From contig CAYYMF010000005.1 of NCBI GenBank assembly GCA_964472755.1, positions 3,386 to 67,385 on the forward strand: a stretch of 64,000 nt of DNA. Direction: 5' to 3'. Position 1 is the first letter of the stretch; each line of letters opens with the position of its first letter. The position numbers were made by a program, and so were the translations under genes. The stretch comes from an uncultured Chitinophagales bacterium. GTDB lineage: Bacteria > Bacteroidota > Bacteroidia > Chitinophagales > JADIYW01. Below are positions 1-9,655 of this stretch, in pieces. The notes below the pieces were generated by a model, which ran no database searches, was not told the DNA's origin, and was given only the letters and a program-made list of their open reading frames with translations.

Positions 1-586
1 AAATAAAAGTTATTACGCTCGCAGTAAGATTGGCAATAAAAATATTTTCAACCTTAGAAATGCCAAAATCGATGTCTAAGGCTGGAAGACCAATAAACAA
101 AAGTCCATTAAAGAAAATAAAAATACCAATGTTCAGAATTTTATAAAATGCAAATTTAAATGGTCGATTTTGAGCTCTAAGTGATGCAAAAGGCAAAGCA
201 CAAAGCACATCAAAAACCATAATAAAAGCGAATATTTTTATCAAGCGATGGCTTTCCTCCACAAAATTACCGATAGGTGTAATGAAAATAAAGATAAGTG
301 CAATAAAAAATATAACTGCATTCGTGATGGAGGTAAACGCAACAGAATAGGCTTTATCTTTATAACCTTGTTTATGCAAAAATCTAAAGAAAGTTGTTTC
401 CATTCCATGTGTCAAGAAAACCAACAAAAAACCAGCATAAGCATAAAGTTTACTATAAATACCATACTCCTCGGTAGAAATATACTTTACGATAAATAAT
501 CCAAATAGATAATTGATAGCCTTTGCTAAAATACTACTCAAGCTATATGCTGCTGTTTCTGATGCTAATTTTTTTGCTATACTCAA
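1..586 (-). CDS. Polysaccharide/oligosaccharide flippase (MOP/Wzx-like), N-terminal part. The gene runs off the window start.
   Basis: The minus-strand frame is open from TTG at 586 to the window edge and translates LSIAKKLASETAAYSLSSILAKAINYLFGLFIVKYISTEEYGIYSKLYAYAGFLLVFLTHGMETTFFRF..., a multi-TM pattern typical of Wzx/RfbX N-termini. The listed ORF 248..499 (+) is antisense to it. Confidence 0.55.
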   Translation of the reverse strand, partial: MSIAKKLASETAAYSLSSILAKAINYLFGLFIVKYISTEEYGIYSKLYAYAGFLLVFLTHGMETTFFRFLHKQGYKDKAYSVAFTSITNAVIFFIALIFIFITPIGNFVEESHRLIKIFAFIMVFDVLCALPFASLRAQNRPFKFAFYKILNIGIFIFFNGLLFIGLPALDIDFGISKVENIFIANLTASVITFI

Positions 587-600
587 AATAAGATTTTACA

Positions 601-608
601 CAAAAATA
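601..608 (-). promoter_or_regulatory. Candidate Bacteroidetes -7 box (TATTTTTG) for the flippase gene
   Basis: The reverse complement of caaaaata is TATTTTTG, which matches TAnnTTTG. It lies 14 nt upstream of the TTG start at 586. Confidence 0.4.
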
Positions 609-727
609 GGAAAATGTAGTCATTCAATAATGAAATTATAAAATAATGAAACAATTAATAAAATACCTTAATTAATTATAGGGAAACATTAATAGTCGTA
701 TCTTTAGCTTTATAAAGTAATTTAATC

Positions 728-1870
728 ATGAAATTTGCCACTAAAGTAATCCACGCAGGAATTGAACCAGATGTGAGTTCAGGAGCGATAATGACGCCAA
801 TTTTCCAAACCTCAACTTATGTGCAACAAAGTGTAGGTGTTCACAAAGGTTTTGAATATGCACGAACTCAAAATCCAACTAGAAATGCATTACAAAATCA
901 ATTAGCTGCATTAGAGAATGGGAATTTTGGAATTTCTTTTGCAAGTGGTTTAGCTGCAACTGATGCCATTTTAAAATTATTAAAAAGTGGTGACCATATT
1001 ATTTCTTGTAATGATTTATATGGCGGCACTTATCGTATTTTCAATAAAATATATGGCAAATTAGGTATCCAATCAACGTTTGTAGATATGAATACGATTC
1101 AAAATATTAGTGATGCCATTACGCCAAACACTAAATTAATTTGGGTAGAAACGCCAACCAATCCAATGTTGAATTTAGTAGATATTGAAGCTGTGGTAAA
1201 AATTGCAAAACAACATCATATTTTGGTTTGTGTCGACAATACTTTTGCCTCTCCTTATCTACAAACACCTTTAGATTTAGGTGCAGATATTGTTATTCAT
1301 TCGGCAACAAAATATTTGGGTGGACATAGTGATGTAATTCATGGAGCGATAGTGATAAAAGACAAAGCCATTGCAGATGAATTGTATTTTATTCAAAATG
1401 CAAGTGGTGCAGTTCCTGGTCCACAAGATTGTTTCTTGATTTTAAGGGGCATTAAGACTTTGCATTTAAGAGTACAACGTGCTTGTGAAAATGCTCAAAA
1501 AATTGCAGATTTTTTAGTGGCACATCCAAAAGTTGAAAAAGTAAATTATCCAGGATTAAGTACACATCCATCGCACGAATTAGCAAAAAAACAAATGCGA
1601 GGATTTGGTGCAATGGTTTCTTTTTCATTAAAAGCAGATACATTAGCAGCGGCAGATAAAGTATTATCTTCCACTAAATTATTTTCATTAGCAGAAAGTT
1701 TAGGTGGTGTAGAATCTTTAATTGGACACCCAGCTACAATGACACACGCCTCTATTCCTTTGGAGGAAAGAAAGAAAACTGGTGTGGTGGATTCCTTAAT
1801 CAGATTAAGTATTGGAGTCGAAGATGCCGATGATTTAATCGCAGATTTAGAACAAGCTTTGAATGCTTAA
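728..1870 (+). CDS. Cys/Met-metabolism PLP-dependent enzyme (cystathionine gamma-synthase / beta-lyase / gamma-lyase family)
   Basis: 380 aa. It carries the PLP-lysine motif SATKYLGGHSD and family-typical N- and C-termini (KVIHAG..., LIRLSIGVED). Confidence 0.85.
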   Translation: MKFATKVIHAGIEPDVSSGAIMTPIFQTSTYVQQSVGVHKGFEYARTQNPTRNALQNQLAALENGNFGISFASGLAATDAILKLLKSGDHIISCNDLYGGTYRIFNKIYGKLGIQSTFVDMNTIQNISDAITPNTKLIWVETPTNPMLNLVDIEAVVKIAKQHHILVCVDNTFASPYLQTPLDLGADIVIHSATKYLGGHSDVIHGAIVIKDKAIADELYFIQNASGAVPGPQDCFLILRGIKTLHLRVQRACENAQKIADFLVAHPKVEKVNYPGLSTHPSHELAKKQMRGFGAMVSFSLKADTLAAADKVLSSTKLFSLAESLGGVESLIGHPATMTHASIPLEERKKTGVVDSLIRLSIGVEDADDLIADLEQALNA

Positions 1871-1895
1871 ATAAACCTTTCAACTTTTCTTGAAA

Positions 1896-1937
1896 TAAAA
1901 AAAGAGGCTGCCCATTTTGGGCAGCCTCTTTTTTTAT
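1896..1937. terminator. Bidirectional intrinsic terminator between convergent genes
   Basis: GC-rich hairpin agaggctgccc-attt-tgggcagcctct with an A-run on the 5' side and a T-run on the 3' side. Confidence 0.8.
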
Positions 1938-1955
1938 TTATTTTCTATTTCTAAA

Positions 1956-2468
1956 TTAATGGTGATGTCCGCCTGGTCCGTGTACATGTCCATGCTCAAT
2001 TTCTTCAGGAGTTGCAGGTCTTACATCAGCAACTGTAACTGAAAAATTCAAATCTTTTCCAGCTAATGGATGATTGAAATCCATCACTACATTATCGTCA
2101 TTGACTTCAACAACAATACCTTGAAATTGGTTGCCATCATTATCCATCATTGGTAAAACATTACCCACTTTTACCATTTCTGTATCTATTTTTCCATTTT
2201 CATCATGGAAAGATTCTGCTGGTATGTGAGCTATATTTTTCTCATCATGAACACCATAACCATTTTCAGCTTTGATAGTAAAACTTACAGAATCTCCAAC
2301 TGTTTTCCCAGCTAAATTTTGTTCAAACTCAGGCAATAACATTCCTGCACCGTGAATAAAAACCAAAGGTTGGTCTTGAGATTTATCTGCAACGGTCATA
2401 TTTCCGTCGTGCTCAACTTGTAGTTCGTAGTGGACACTTACCACCATGTCTTTTTGAATTAACAACAT
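1956..2468 (-). CDS. slyD: FKBP-type peptidyl-prolyl cis-trans isomerase SlyD
   Basis: 170 aa with an FKBP/IF-domain layout and a His-rich tail (HGHVHGPGGHHH) characteristic of SlyD. Confidence 0.85.
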   Translation of the reverse strand: MLLIQKDMVVSVHYELQVEHDGNMTVADKSQDQPLVFIHGAGMLLPEFEQNLAGKTVGDSVSFTIKAENGYGVHDEKNIAHIPAESFHDENGKIDTEMVKVGNVLPMMDNDGNQFQGIVVEVNDDNVVMDFNHPLAGKDLNFSVTVADVRPATPEEIEHGHVHGPGGHHH

Positions 2469-2622
2469 TGTAAAAATTTTTGCAAAGATACGTGAAATAT
2501 TTGAGAATAACTTATTCCTAAATTATTGGTACTTAATCGTATTCTTAATTATATGTCTTAGAAACACCTTAATATCATTTTTTCTTATTGTAAACTTTAT
2601 AAGCATTCATTTCATAAGTCCT

Positions 2623-2630
2623 AATTTTGT
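2623..2630 (+). promoter_or_regulatory. Candidate -7 box TAATTTTG
   Basis: Matches TAnnTTTG and ends 6 nt before the ATG at 2637. Confidence 0.4.
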
Positions 2631-2636
2631 AGACTG

Positions 2637-3830
2637 ATGCTTATGAATACATCAAATCCTAAAATATCAAAAACAGCCTACCCTATTCTATTAGCAATTG
2701 CAATGGCTCATGGACTAAATGATACCATACAGTCTGTAATTCCGGCTTTGTATCCAAAACTAGAACAGCGATACGATTTAACCATGACACAAATTGGAAT
2801 TATTACGCTATGTTTTCAGTTAGCAGCATCAATTTTTCAACCAATTGTCGGTGCTTATACAGATAAAAATCCCAAACCTTATTCTCAAGTTTTAGGTATG
2901 TTTTTCTCAGGAATGGGCATTATTGTATTAGCCTATGCACCAAGTTATCTTTGGATTTTATTGGCAGTTACTTTAGTAGGCATAGGCTCTTCCATTTTTC
3001 ACCCAGAATCATCAAGAGTGGCATTTATGGCATCTGGAGGCAAACGAAGTTTGGCACAATCTATATTCCAAATTGGTGGCAATACTGGTGCAGCTATGGC
3101 TCCATTATTGGTAGCTTGGATAGTTATTCCAAATGACCAACACTATATTATTTGGTTTTTATTAGTTGTTTTAACAGCAAAAGCAATTTTATTTTATATC
3201 GGAAAATGGTATAGCAAAATATTAAAAGCAGAACAAAAAGGCAAAAAGAAAACTATCATTTTGCCTAATTTAACTCAAAAACAAATCACTATTTCAGTGA
3301 TTATTTTATTGCTCCTAATATTTTCAAAATTCTTCTATATGGCATCAATTACTAGTTATTTCCAATTTTATACGATGGACAAATTTGGTTTAACAGAAGT
3401 ACAGGCACAAATCTATTTATTTTATTTTCTATTTGCGGTTGCTATTGGAACATTATTAGGTGGTTTTTTTGGAGACAAATTTGGCAGAAGATACGTAATT
3501 TGGTTTTCCATACTTGGAGCTGCTCCGCTTTCCCTTTTATTACCTTATGTTGGTATAGAATGGACTGGTATTTTAATTATATTAATTGGTTTAATATTGT
3601 CTTCTGCATTTCCTGCAATTTTAGTTTATGCTCAAGAATTATTACCAAAAAAATTGGGTATGGTTTCAGGTTTATTTTATGGTTTTGCTTTTGGAATGGG
3701 TGGTTTAGGTTCTGCTCTTTTAGGTATCCTTGCAGATAAAACAAGTGTAGAATATGTCTATTTTATCTGTTCATTCTTACCTTTAATTGGATTAATTGCT
3801 TATTTTTTGCCAGATTTGAGAAAGCAATAA
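2637..3830 (+). CDS. MFS transporter (Fsr-like)
   Basis: 397 aa with about 12 hydrophobic segments and an MFS-type loop motif (GAYTDKNPKP). Confidence 0.75.
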   Translation: MLMNTSNPKISKTAYPILLAIAMAHGLNDTIQSVIPALYPKLEQRYDLTMTQIGIITLCFQLAASIFQPIVGAYTDKNPKPYSQVLGMFFSGMGIIVLAYAPSYLWILLAVTLVGIGSSIFHPESSRVAFMASGGKRSLAQSIFQIGGNTGAAMAPLLVAWIVIPNDQHYIIWFLLVVLTAKAILFYIGKWYSKILKAEQKGKKKTIILPNLTQKQITISVIILLLLIFSKFFYMASITSYFQFYTMDKFGLTEVQAQIYLFYFLFAVAIGTLLGGFFGDKFGRRYVIWFSILGAAPLSLLLPYVGIEWTGILIILIGLILSSAFPAILVYAQELLPKKLGMVSGLFYGFAFGMGGLGSALLGILADKTSVEYVYFICSFLPLIGLIAYFLPDLRKQ

Positions 3831-3916
3831 CTCTTTTTAAATCTTAAATCTTCTCATTACTTAAAAGTAATTTATTTATTTTAGCAATTTGTTAATTTGG
3901 TGCCATTGAATTTTCT

Positions 3917-5149
3917 ATGCAAATCAATTCGAATAAATTTATAAAGCCATTACTATTCATTGCTGTACTTATTGAGTTTTTTTTAACTGTATATATTATT
4001 AAAATACCTTTAGAAAATAAAAAATTAAGTTCAATCATTTATTTTATTTCAGGGATTTCTATTGGCTTGTTATTCTTACTAAATATAAAAGTTAGAGAGC
4101 AACCAAAAATGATAGCAATGAGATATGCACATCATATTTACTATACACTCCTAATTCTAATTTTTGGGTACTTTATTTATCAAATTAATTTATTCTTTTA
4201 CAGCTATCCTTTGAATTACAAATGGGCAGATATGTTGCCCATTATGAAAATTATGGCTGAAAGGTTTATTCATAATGAAAATCCGTATAATCCAATCTAT
4301 GAAATATGGAATGGAATGGAGCCAATATATTTACCAGCAATGTGGATTTTATATAGTATTCCTATTGCCTTAAAAATAGATATCCGATGGATAAATATTA
4401 TCGTAATGCTATTTGGCATTTTTCTGTTTTTATATAAAAGTGATAAGAAAATACAAGTACTTGATTTTTATGTTTTAGCATTAGTCGCCTATTTTTTAAT
4501 TGAAAGTTTGCATCATAAAAATCAAGATTGGTATATCTTAACAGAAGAACCATTAATTGTTGGTTACTATCTCATTCTTGCTTTTGCACTATTCAAAAAT
4601 AAACCTATTTTGATTGGTATTGCAATTAGTTTATGTTTATTGAGTAGATACATTTTATTGTTTTGGTTTATAGGCTACCTATTATATGTTTATAAAGACA
4701 AAGTGTTCCTAAAAAAACTCCTGCTTACAACGATAATTTTAAGTATTTCATTATTTGTTATCACTCAGGCTTATACACAAATTGAGGTATTTTTAAATAC
4801 CCCAAAAGGCTATATAAATTTTATGTCCTCATCTTTTGGAGAAGGTGTATATAATACAACTATTAAAAAATCATTAGGCATCGCTAAGTTTTTTAAAATT
4901 ACACAATTGGGTTATTTACATTCCTTATCTATGATTTTTATGCTGATAGTTCCAATTTATCTATTCTATTTTTATAGAAACCTTGGCGTAACAACAGAGA
5001 TAAAAAATAAATATGCTATTGGCATCCTTAAATTAAGCTTAGTATTTTTTTTAAATATGCTAATCATACCAATGACCTATTTGTTTATAACATCTACCTT
5101 GTTTTCAATTGCCTTATTAAGTATAGTTATTAATAAAAAGGCAACGTAA
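3917..5149 (+). CDS. Polytopic membrane protein, possibly a GT-C-fold (DUF2029/GT87-like) glycosyltransferase
   Basis: 410 aa and very hydrophobic. The first large loop, WADMLPIMKIMAERFIHNENPYNPIYE...YLPAMW, resembles the acidic-loop/...PY pattern of GT87-type enzymes. This is recognition by eye only. Confidence 0.4.
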   Translation: MQINSNKFIKPLLFIAVLIEFFLTVYIIKIPLENKKLSSIIYFISGISIGLLFLLNIKVREQPKMIAMRYAHHIYYTLLILIFGYFIYQINLFFYSYPLNYKWADMLPIMKIMAERFIHNENPYNPIYEIWNGMEPIYLPAMWILYSIPIALKIDIRWINIIVMLFGIFLFLYKSDKKIQVLDFYVLALVAYFLIESLHHKNQDWYILTEEPLIVGYYLILAFALFKNKPILIGIAISLCLLSRYILLFWFIGYLLYVYKDKVFLKKLLLTTIILSISLFVITQAYTQIEVFLNTPKGYINFMSSSFGEGVYNTTIKKSLGIAKFFKITQLGYLHSLSMIFMLIVPIYLFYFYRNLGVTTEIKNKYAIGILKLSLVFFLNMLIIPMTYLFITSTLFSIALLSIVINKKAT

Positions 5150-5151
5150 AT

Positions 5152-7266
5152 CTATTTTCCATAAACACAAAAATCTGATAAATAAATCTGATTACCATTA
5201 ATAGTAAATCTAAGTTTCTTATATTTGTTATCAATACTTAATTCGTAATCCACACAAATCCAACCATCTTTATAATTATAAGTATTTGTATGAGATTCTC
5301 TCCAATCTTTTATAAAAATCTCTTTATTATTTTCATCGATTGAATACATAGAACAAATCGGAATACTAGAAACTTTGAAAGCATTTGGCGTGTACCAAAA
5401 TAAGATCCTAAGTTTATTATATGTTTTGCTGTTCAAGTCTAATTCTAAAATTTTTGTTGTTTGGTTGATTAATAATCCAGATTTATTTCCATTATTAAAA
5501 GTTTCTTGTTCGAGTAAGGTATAAGATGAATCAACCCAAAATACACCATTATTCTTATTGGTTCCTATTGAATTTAAGTCAATTTCCAAGAGTGCAATAT
5601 CATTGATACTATCAATAAATTTAGCATTCTGCACCAATGGAATATCGTCATTCAAACGTTCTGTTTTTAATAAAACTAATTGCTTTTTATTTGGCTTAAA
5701 TTTTTGAACAATTGGTTTTGGCATAGTATAAAATCCAGACAGTTGGAAAATTTGCATACAATTATCAAAACTTACTCTTGAAGAATGTACATTTGCCATA
5801 GGCAAACCTGTAAAATAGGAAACCCAGAAACTAGAAATTTTTGCATTCCAATCATTATCTATCCATAGTTTTTCTGTTCCTTCAGTAGATGGCGGATAGA
5901 CAATTATGCTTTCATATTCACTAATATTATCAAGTTTTCTTGTCAAGTTATCAGTGTAATTTTTATACGAATTATAAGCATCTTTATTACCATAACTATC
6001 GAATCTATTCTTCAAATAATTTGATGTATTATAAATATCAAACATTGTAATTAGACAAAAAATCCAAAATAATACTTTAAAAACATAAGCTTGATTTTTG
6101 TGATAAAGCTTCTCTATATAGACAAAAACAAAAACCATATAAACAAAATAGAAAACAAAAACAAATCGGCCTGTTCCTCTAAATTGTTTGAAAGGATTAA
6201 TAAAAGCAAAGAAATCTTCATTCCATCTAAACGGAATATAAAAAGCAAATACCAAAATAGGCATTGCTGCCAATACCCAAAGTTGAATAGAATCTCTTTG
6301 AATTTTGATATTTTTATGGGTATAAATATATCGAGTAAGATAAAATACCGAAATCAATAAAATAAAAATTCCAAATACAGTAATATAAGCATGTCCTTCA
6401 GTATATGATGGAACTATAGATGGGAATTTTTTAATAAAAAAATCTTTTATTGCACCATTAATTGGCAAGAGTAAATCGTACCAATTAGAACTAAAAGCAT
6501 TAGCACCCCAAGCTATTTTTGGTCTATCAGTCGTTGTGTCTGTCCACAAAATGCTACTATAAAAAAGTAAAAAAGCAATTATTGGAAAAACAAAATGTAC
6601 TGTTCTTTTTTTATAAAACAACAATAAAAGAACCTCGTATGAAAGCAAAAGCAATACGACCATAAAAAGCAGATATGGATGAATAAATCCGACAGTACTT
6701 AGAATGATAGCATAGAAAAAATAATTTATATTACTTGTTGTAATTTGCAAACGCCACCACCAAAAAAATGGAATTACAGCGATAGACCCTAATGCAAAAT
6801 GGTCGCCAATTCGATAGATTTGTGGTGATAATAACACAATCACAACTGTTCCAACAAATGCTATGAACAAGCTAACTTTGAAGTATTTTAAAATCAGAAA
6901 AACAAAAAATGCTGCAAAAAATATATTCAGCAAAATAATCAGATGAATATAAATAATTGGATTTTCAAACTTAAAATTAAAAACAGATTCTATTAGCCAT
7001 ATCAACCAAACATAGAATGGTTGTGCATCTACATAAGTAATATGCTCTCCAAAAGGATACAACATTCCATTGAAAAACAATCCTTTTCCATATTTCAAAT
7101 AATAGCTAAATGTATAGAGATTTTTTAGTCCATCACCAGAACCATCAATGATATTATTTCCAAGTGGAAAGAATATTTCAGTTGTCAAAATGCAAAAAAT
7201 GAACAGTACGAAAAGTGCTGTAAAAAATGCTCCAAAGCTTGGTTTTATTTTTTCAGATTGGAACAT
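5152..7266 (-). CDS. Large polytopic membrane protein with a C-terminal soluble domain (YfhO/GT-C-like candidate)
   Basis: 704 aa. The N-terminal ~420 aa are multi-TM, with DGSGDGLKNLY in the first loop. The C-terminal ~280 aa are hydrophilic. Confidence 0.4.
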   Translation of the reverse strand: MFQSEKIKPSFGAFFTALFVLFIFCILTTEIFFPLGNNIIDGSGDGLKNLYTFSYYLKYGKGLFFNGMLYPFGEHITYVDAQPFYVWLIWLIESVFNFKFENPIIYIHLIILLNIFFAAFFVFLILKYFKVSLFIAFVGTVVIVLLSPQIYRIGDHFALGSIAVIPFFWWWRLQITTSNINYFFYAIILSTVGFIHPYLLFMVVLLLLSYEVLLLLFYKKRTVHFVFPIIAFLLFYSSILWTDTTTDRPKIAWGANAFSSNWYDLLLPINGAIKDFFIKKFPSIVPSYTEGHAYITVFGIFILLISVFYLTRYIYTHKNIKIQRDSIQLWVLAAMPILVFAFYIPFRWNEDFFAFINPFKQFRGTGRFVFVFYFVYMVFVFVYIEKLYHKNQAYVFKVLFWIFCLITMFDIYNTSNYLKNRFDSYGNKDAYNSYKNYTDNLTRKLDNISEYESIIVYPPSTEGTEKLWIDNDWNAKISSFWVSYFTGLPMANVHSSRVSFDNCMQIFQLSGFYTMPKPIVQKFKPNKKQLVLLKTERLNDDIPLVQNAKFIDSINDIALLEIDLNSIGTNKNNGVFWVDSSYTLLEQETFNNGNKSGLLINQTTKILELDLNSKTYNKLRILFWYTPNAFKVSSIPICSMYSIDENNKEIFIKDWRESHTNTYNYKDGWICVDYELSIDNKYKKLRFTINGNQIYLSDFCVYGK

Positions 7267-7284
7267 TAAATTTATTTATTGTTC

Positions 7285-8439
7285 TTATTTTTCCAATTGC
7301 AATTCTTCGAAAATCATCTTCAATTCTTTATAAATATGATCTTTTTCAAAACCATATTGCTCTAAACTGTATTCATGTTTGCTACTATATTTTCTAGACT
7401 TTTGAGTTTCGGCAGTCAATTTTTCTAAAAAAGTTGGTGTAACTTCCAACTGCAATTGGTTATAAATTTTCAGAACCGTTTCTTTTGGATTTTTTATCAA
7501 ATCGGTATAAGGTATGGTAATTAAATTTTCTTGTTTAAAGTTTTGCTTTTGTTCATAAAAATATTTGTAATAAGCAATTCCAACTTCGCCCCATTCTCTA
7601 TAAGCTTCAGAATTTTCTGGTACTTCAGGATAAAATGTATTCCAAGGTTCAGCAAACATACTTGTAAAAGAAGGAATTGCTTCATAAGGATTTCTAAGTA
7701 GGAATATGATTTTCACATCTGGAAAAATATCGTGCAACATCTGTAAACGCCCTGTACTCATTACAGTTTTACATAGAAACATCTTATCATATCCTAATGC
7801 ATACATCCATCTTTGAATAGTTGCCTTATAAAATATTTTCATCTGATCATTAGCCTTATCATCTAATTTGTCAGGAATATAAAGCTCTTTAAACGCTTTT
7901 AAATGAGGTGTAATTAATCCTATACTTGGAGAAATTCCTGAAACAAAATGCAAACCTTCATCTTCCTCCGTTTTATTAAATCCTGTTGCGTGAATATCGT
8001 CCCAAGCACTAAACATTTTATTGTCTATATAGTCAAAAAACTTACGCATCGGGCGACCAATCTTCTTATCTATTTTACCAAAAAAATCTATCATCCTAAA
8101 CAAAGTAATAGAAGGCAAAATAGTATGATACAATAGATTATATACAAATTTATCTTCATCCATACACATCAAACGATGCAAGAAAGTTGTTCCACTTCTT
8201 GGATTGCTTATAATAAAAACAGGCTGTTTGATCTCAATATCTTTGTAGTTTGGAAACATCAATTCATCGATTAATCTGAATAGGACATTTACAAATGCAA
8301 CAATGACAACAATTATTAATCCATAAGCAATACCAATAAAGAAATTCTTTATGGTAAAATACTTTATACAATGTAAATAGACAAACTTTAAATGCGTTTT
8401 TGCTCTTGTATAAAAAACCGATGAATCAATAAAAACCAT
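7285..8439 (-). CDS. Membrane-anchored sulfotransferase
   Basis: 384 aa. One N-terminal TM segment (FFIGIAYGLIIVVIVAFVNVLF) is followed by a PAPS 5'-phosphosulfate-binding loop (PVFIISNPRSGTTFLHRLM). Confidence 0.75.
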   Translation of the reverse strand: MVFIDSSVFYTRAKTHLKFVYLHCIKYFTIKNFFIGIAYGLIIVVIVAFVNVLFRLIDELMFPNYKDIEIKQPVFIISNPRSGTTFLHRLMCMDEDKFVYNLLYHTILPSITLFRMIDFFGKIDKKIGRPMRKFFDYIDNKMFSAWDDIHATGFNKTEEDEGLHFVSGISPSIGLITPHLKAFKELYIPDKLDDKANDQMKIFYKATIQRWMYALGYDKMFLCKTVMSTGRLQMLHDIFPDVKIIFLLRNPYEAIPSFTSMFAEPWNTFYPEVPENSEAYREWGEVGIAYYKYFYEQKQNFKQENLITIPYTDLIKNPKETVLKIYNQLQLEVTPTFLEKLTAETQKSRKYSSKHEYSLEQYGFEKDHIYKELKMIFEELQLEK

Positions 8440-8494
8440 ACGTTATTATCTACAAAGATAGGTCTTTTAGAGAAAAAATTGTAGCTATTGGTTA

Positions 8495-8881
8495 TTATTT
8501 TTGGACAGTGTAAAATTGCTCACTTAGAATATATCCTTGTTCATCTAAAACCGATAAAATAAAATCACCAGGTTCTTTTAATTCAAAAAAGGTAATTGAT
8601 TCAACTTGTCCTTTTTGTACGGGAAATTCTTTTCCTTCGATTCTAATAAAAATATTTCCAACACGTTTACTAATAGAAATTTTATACGTTGTATTAAATG
8701 GATATTTGTCTTCATTATTATAATATACAAATACTTTTTTATCAGCATTTGTATTCCAACTTTGTGAGGTTTCCTTTGGAATTACATCTCCATTTTTTCT
8801 ATATAAAATAATATTTCCTGAAAATCCTACAAAAGTAGAACAACATAAAATAACAATGCACAAGAGTTTAATTATTTTCAT
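8495..8881 (-). CDS. Small secreted/lipoprotein of unknown function
   Basis: 128 aa with an N-terminal signal peptide (MKIIKLLCIVILCCSTFVG). I recognise no motif. Confidence 0.5.
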   Translation of the reverse strand: MKIIKLLCIVILCCSTFVGFSGNIILYRKNGDVIPKETSQSWNTNADKKVFVYYNNEDKYPFNTTYKISISKRVGNIFIRIEGKEFPVQKGQVESITFFELKEPGDFILSVLDEQGYILSEQFYTVQK

Positions 8882-8932
8882 AATTCAAACTTATTCAATT
8901 TTGATACACTTGTTCACTTAATTATCAACAAG

Positions 8933-9598
8933 TTATTGATAGTTCATCTGTCTCAAAATCCATCTTTGTCTTCTCCCAACATATCCAGACGGATTTTTAA
9001 CTCCCCATTTTCTTGGATTTGGCAAAATTGCAGCCATTAATGCAGCATCACTTTTTGTAAGCGAAGCCGCAGATTTATTAAAATAATACTCCGAAGCTGC
9101 TTCAGCACCATAGACACCAATACCCATTTCAATGACATTCAAATAAACAGTCATTATTCGTTCTTTACTCCAAAACAATTCGATTAATGCTGTAAAATAA
9201 ACTTCTAATCCTTTACGTATCCAATTTCTTCCTTGCCATAAAAATACATTTTTAGCACACTGCTGACTAATGGTACTACCGCCTTTTATCTTTCTACCTT
9301 TCTCATTATTTTTTGCAGCTTTTTTTATTGCTTCTAAATCAAAACCATAATGGACATAGAACTTTTGATCTTCAGCAGCAACAACTGCTCTTTTTAAATT
9401 ATTCGATATTTTATCGCCAGATCGCCACTTATATTTTAAAATTGGAGATTTGCCTTCTATTAAAAACTCCCCACTTCGAATCAACATCAAAGGTGTTATT
9501 GGAATTGGTGCAAACCGAAATAAAATTACAGTTAGAATACTCAAAACAAAAAACAAATAAACTATTCTTTTTAATATTCTAAAAACTGAAGTTAGCAT
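8933..9598 (-). CDS. mtgA: Monofunctional biosynthetic peptidoglycan transglycosylase (GT51)
   Basis: 221 aa with an N-terminal TM segment and GT51 motifs [14 protein letters not shown] and [12 protein letters not shown]. Confidence 0.9.
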   Translation of the reverse strand: MLTSVFRILKRIVYLFFVLSILTVILFRFAPIPITPLMLIRSGEFLIEGKSPILKYKWRSGDKISNNLKRAVVAAEDQKFYVHYGFDLEAIKKAAKNNEKGRKIKGGSTISQQCAKNVFLWQGRNWIRKGLEVYFTALIELFWSKERIMTVYLNVIEMGIGVYGAEAASEYYFNKSAASLTKSDAALMAAILPNPRKWGVKNPSGYVGRRQRWILRQMNYQ

Positions 9599-9655
9599 AC
9601 GTTAATTTATAAGACAAAGATATTTAAAAATAAATATTATTGTGTAAATTCAACT

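Noticed and set aside
248-499. An 83-aa plus-strand ORF at the window start
   Set aside because: It lies antisense within a much longer minus-strand frame that encodes a flippase-like multi-TM protein with its own -7 box and TTG start.
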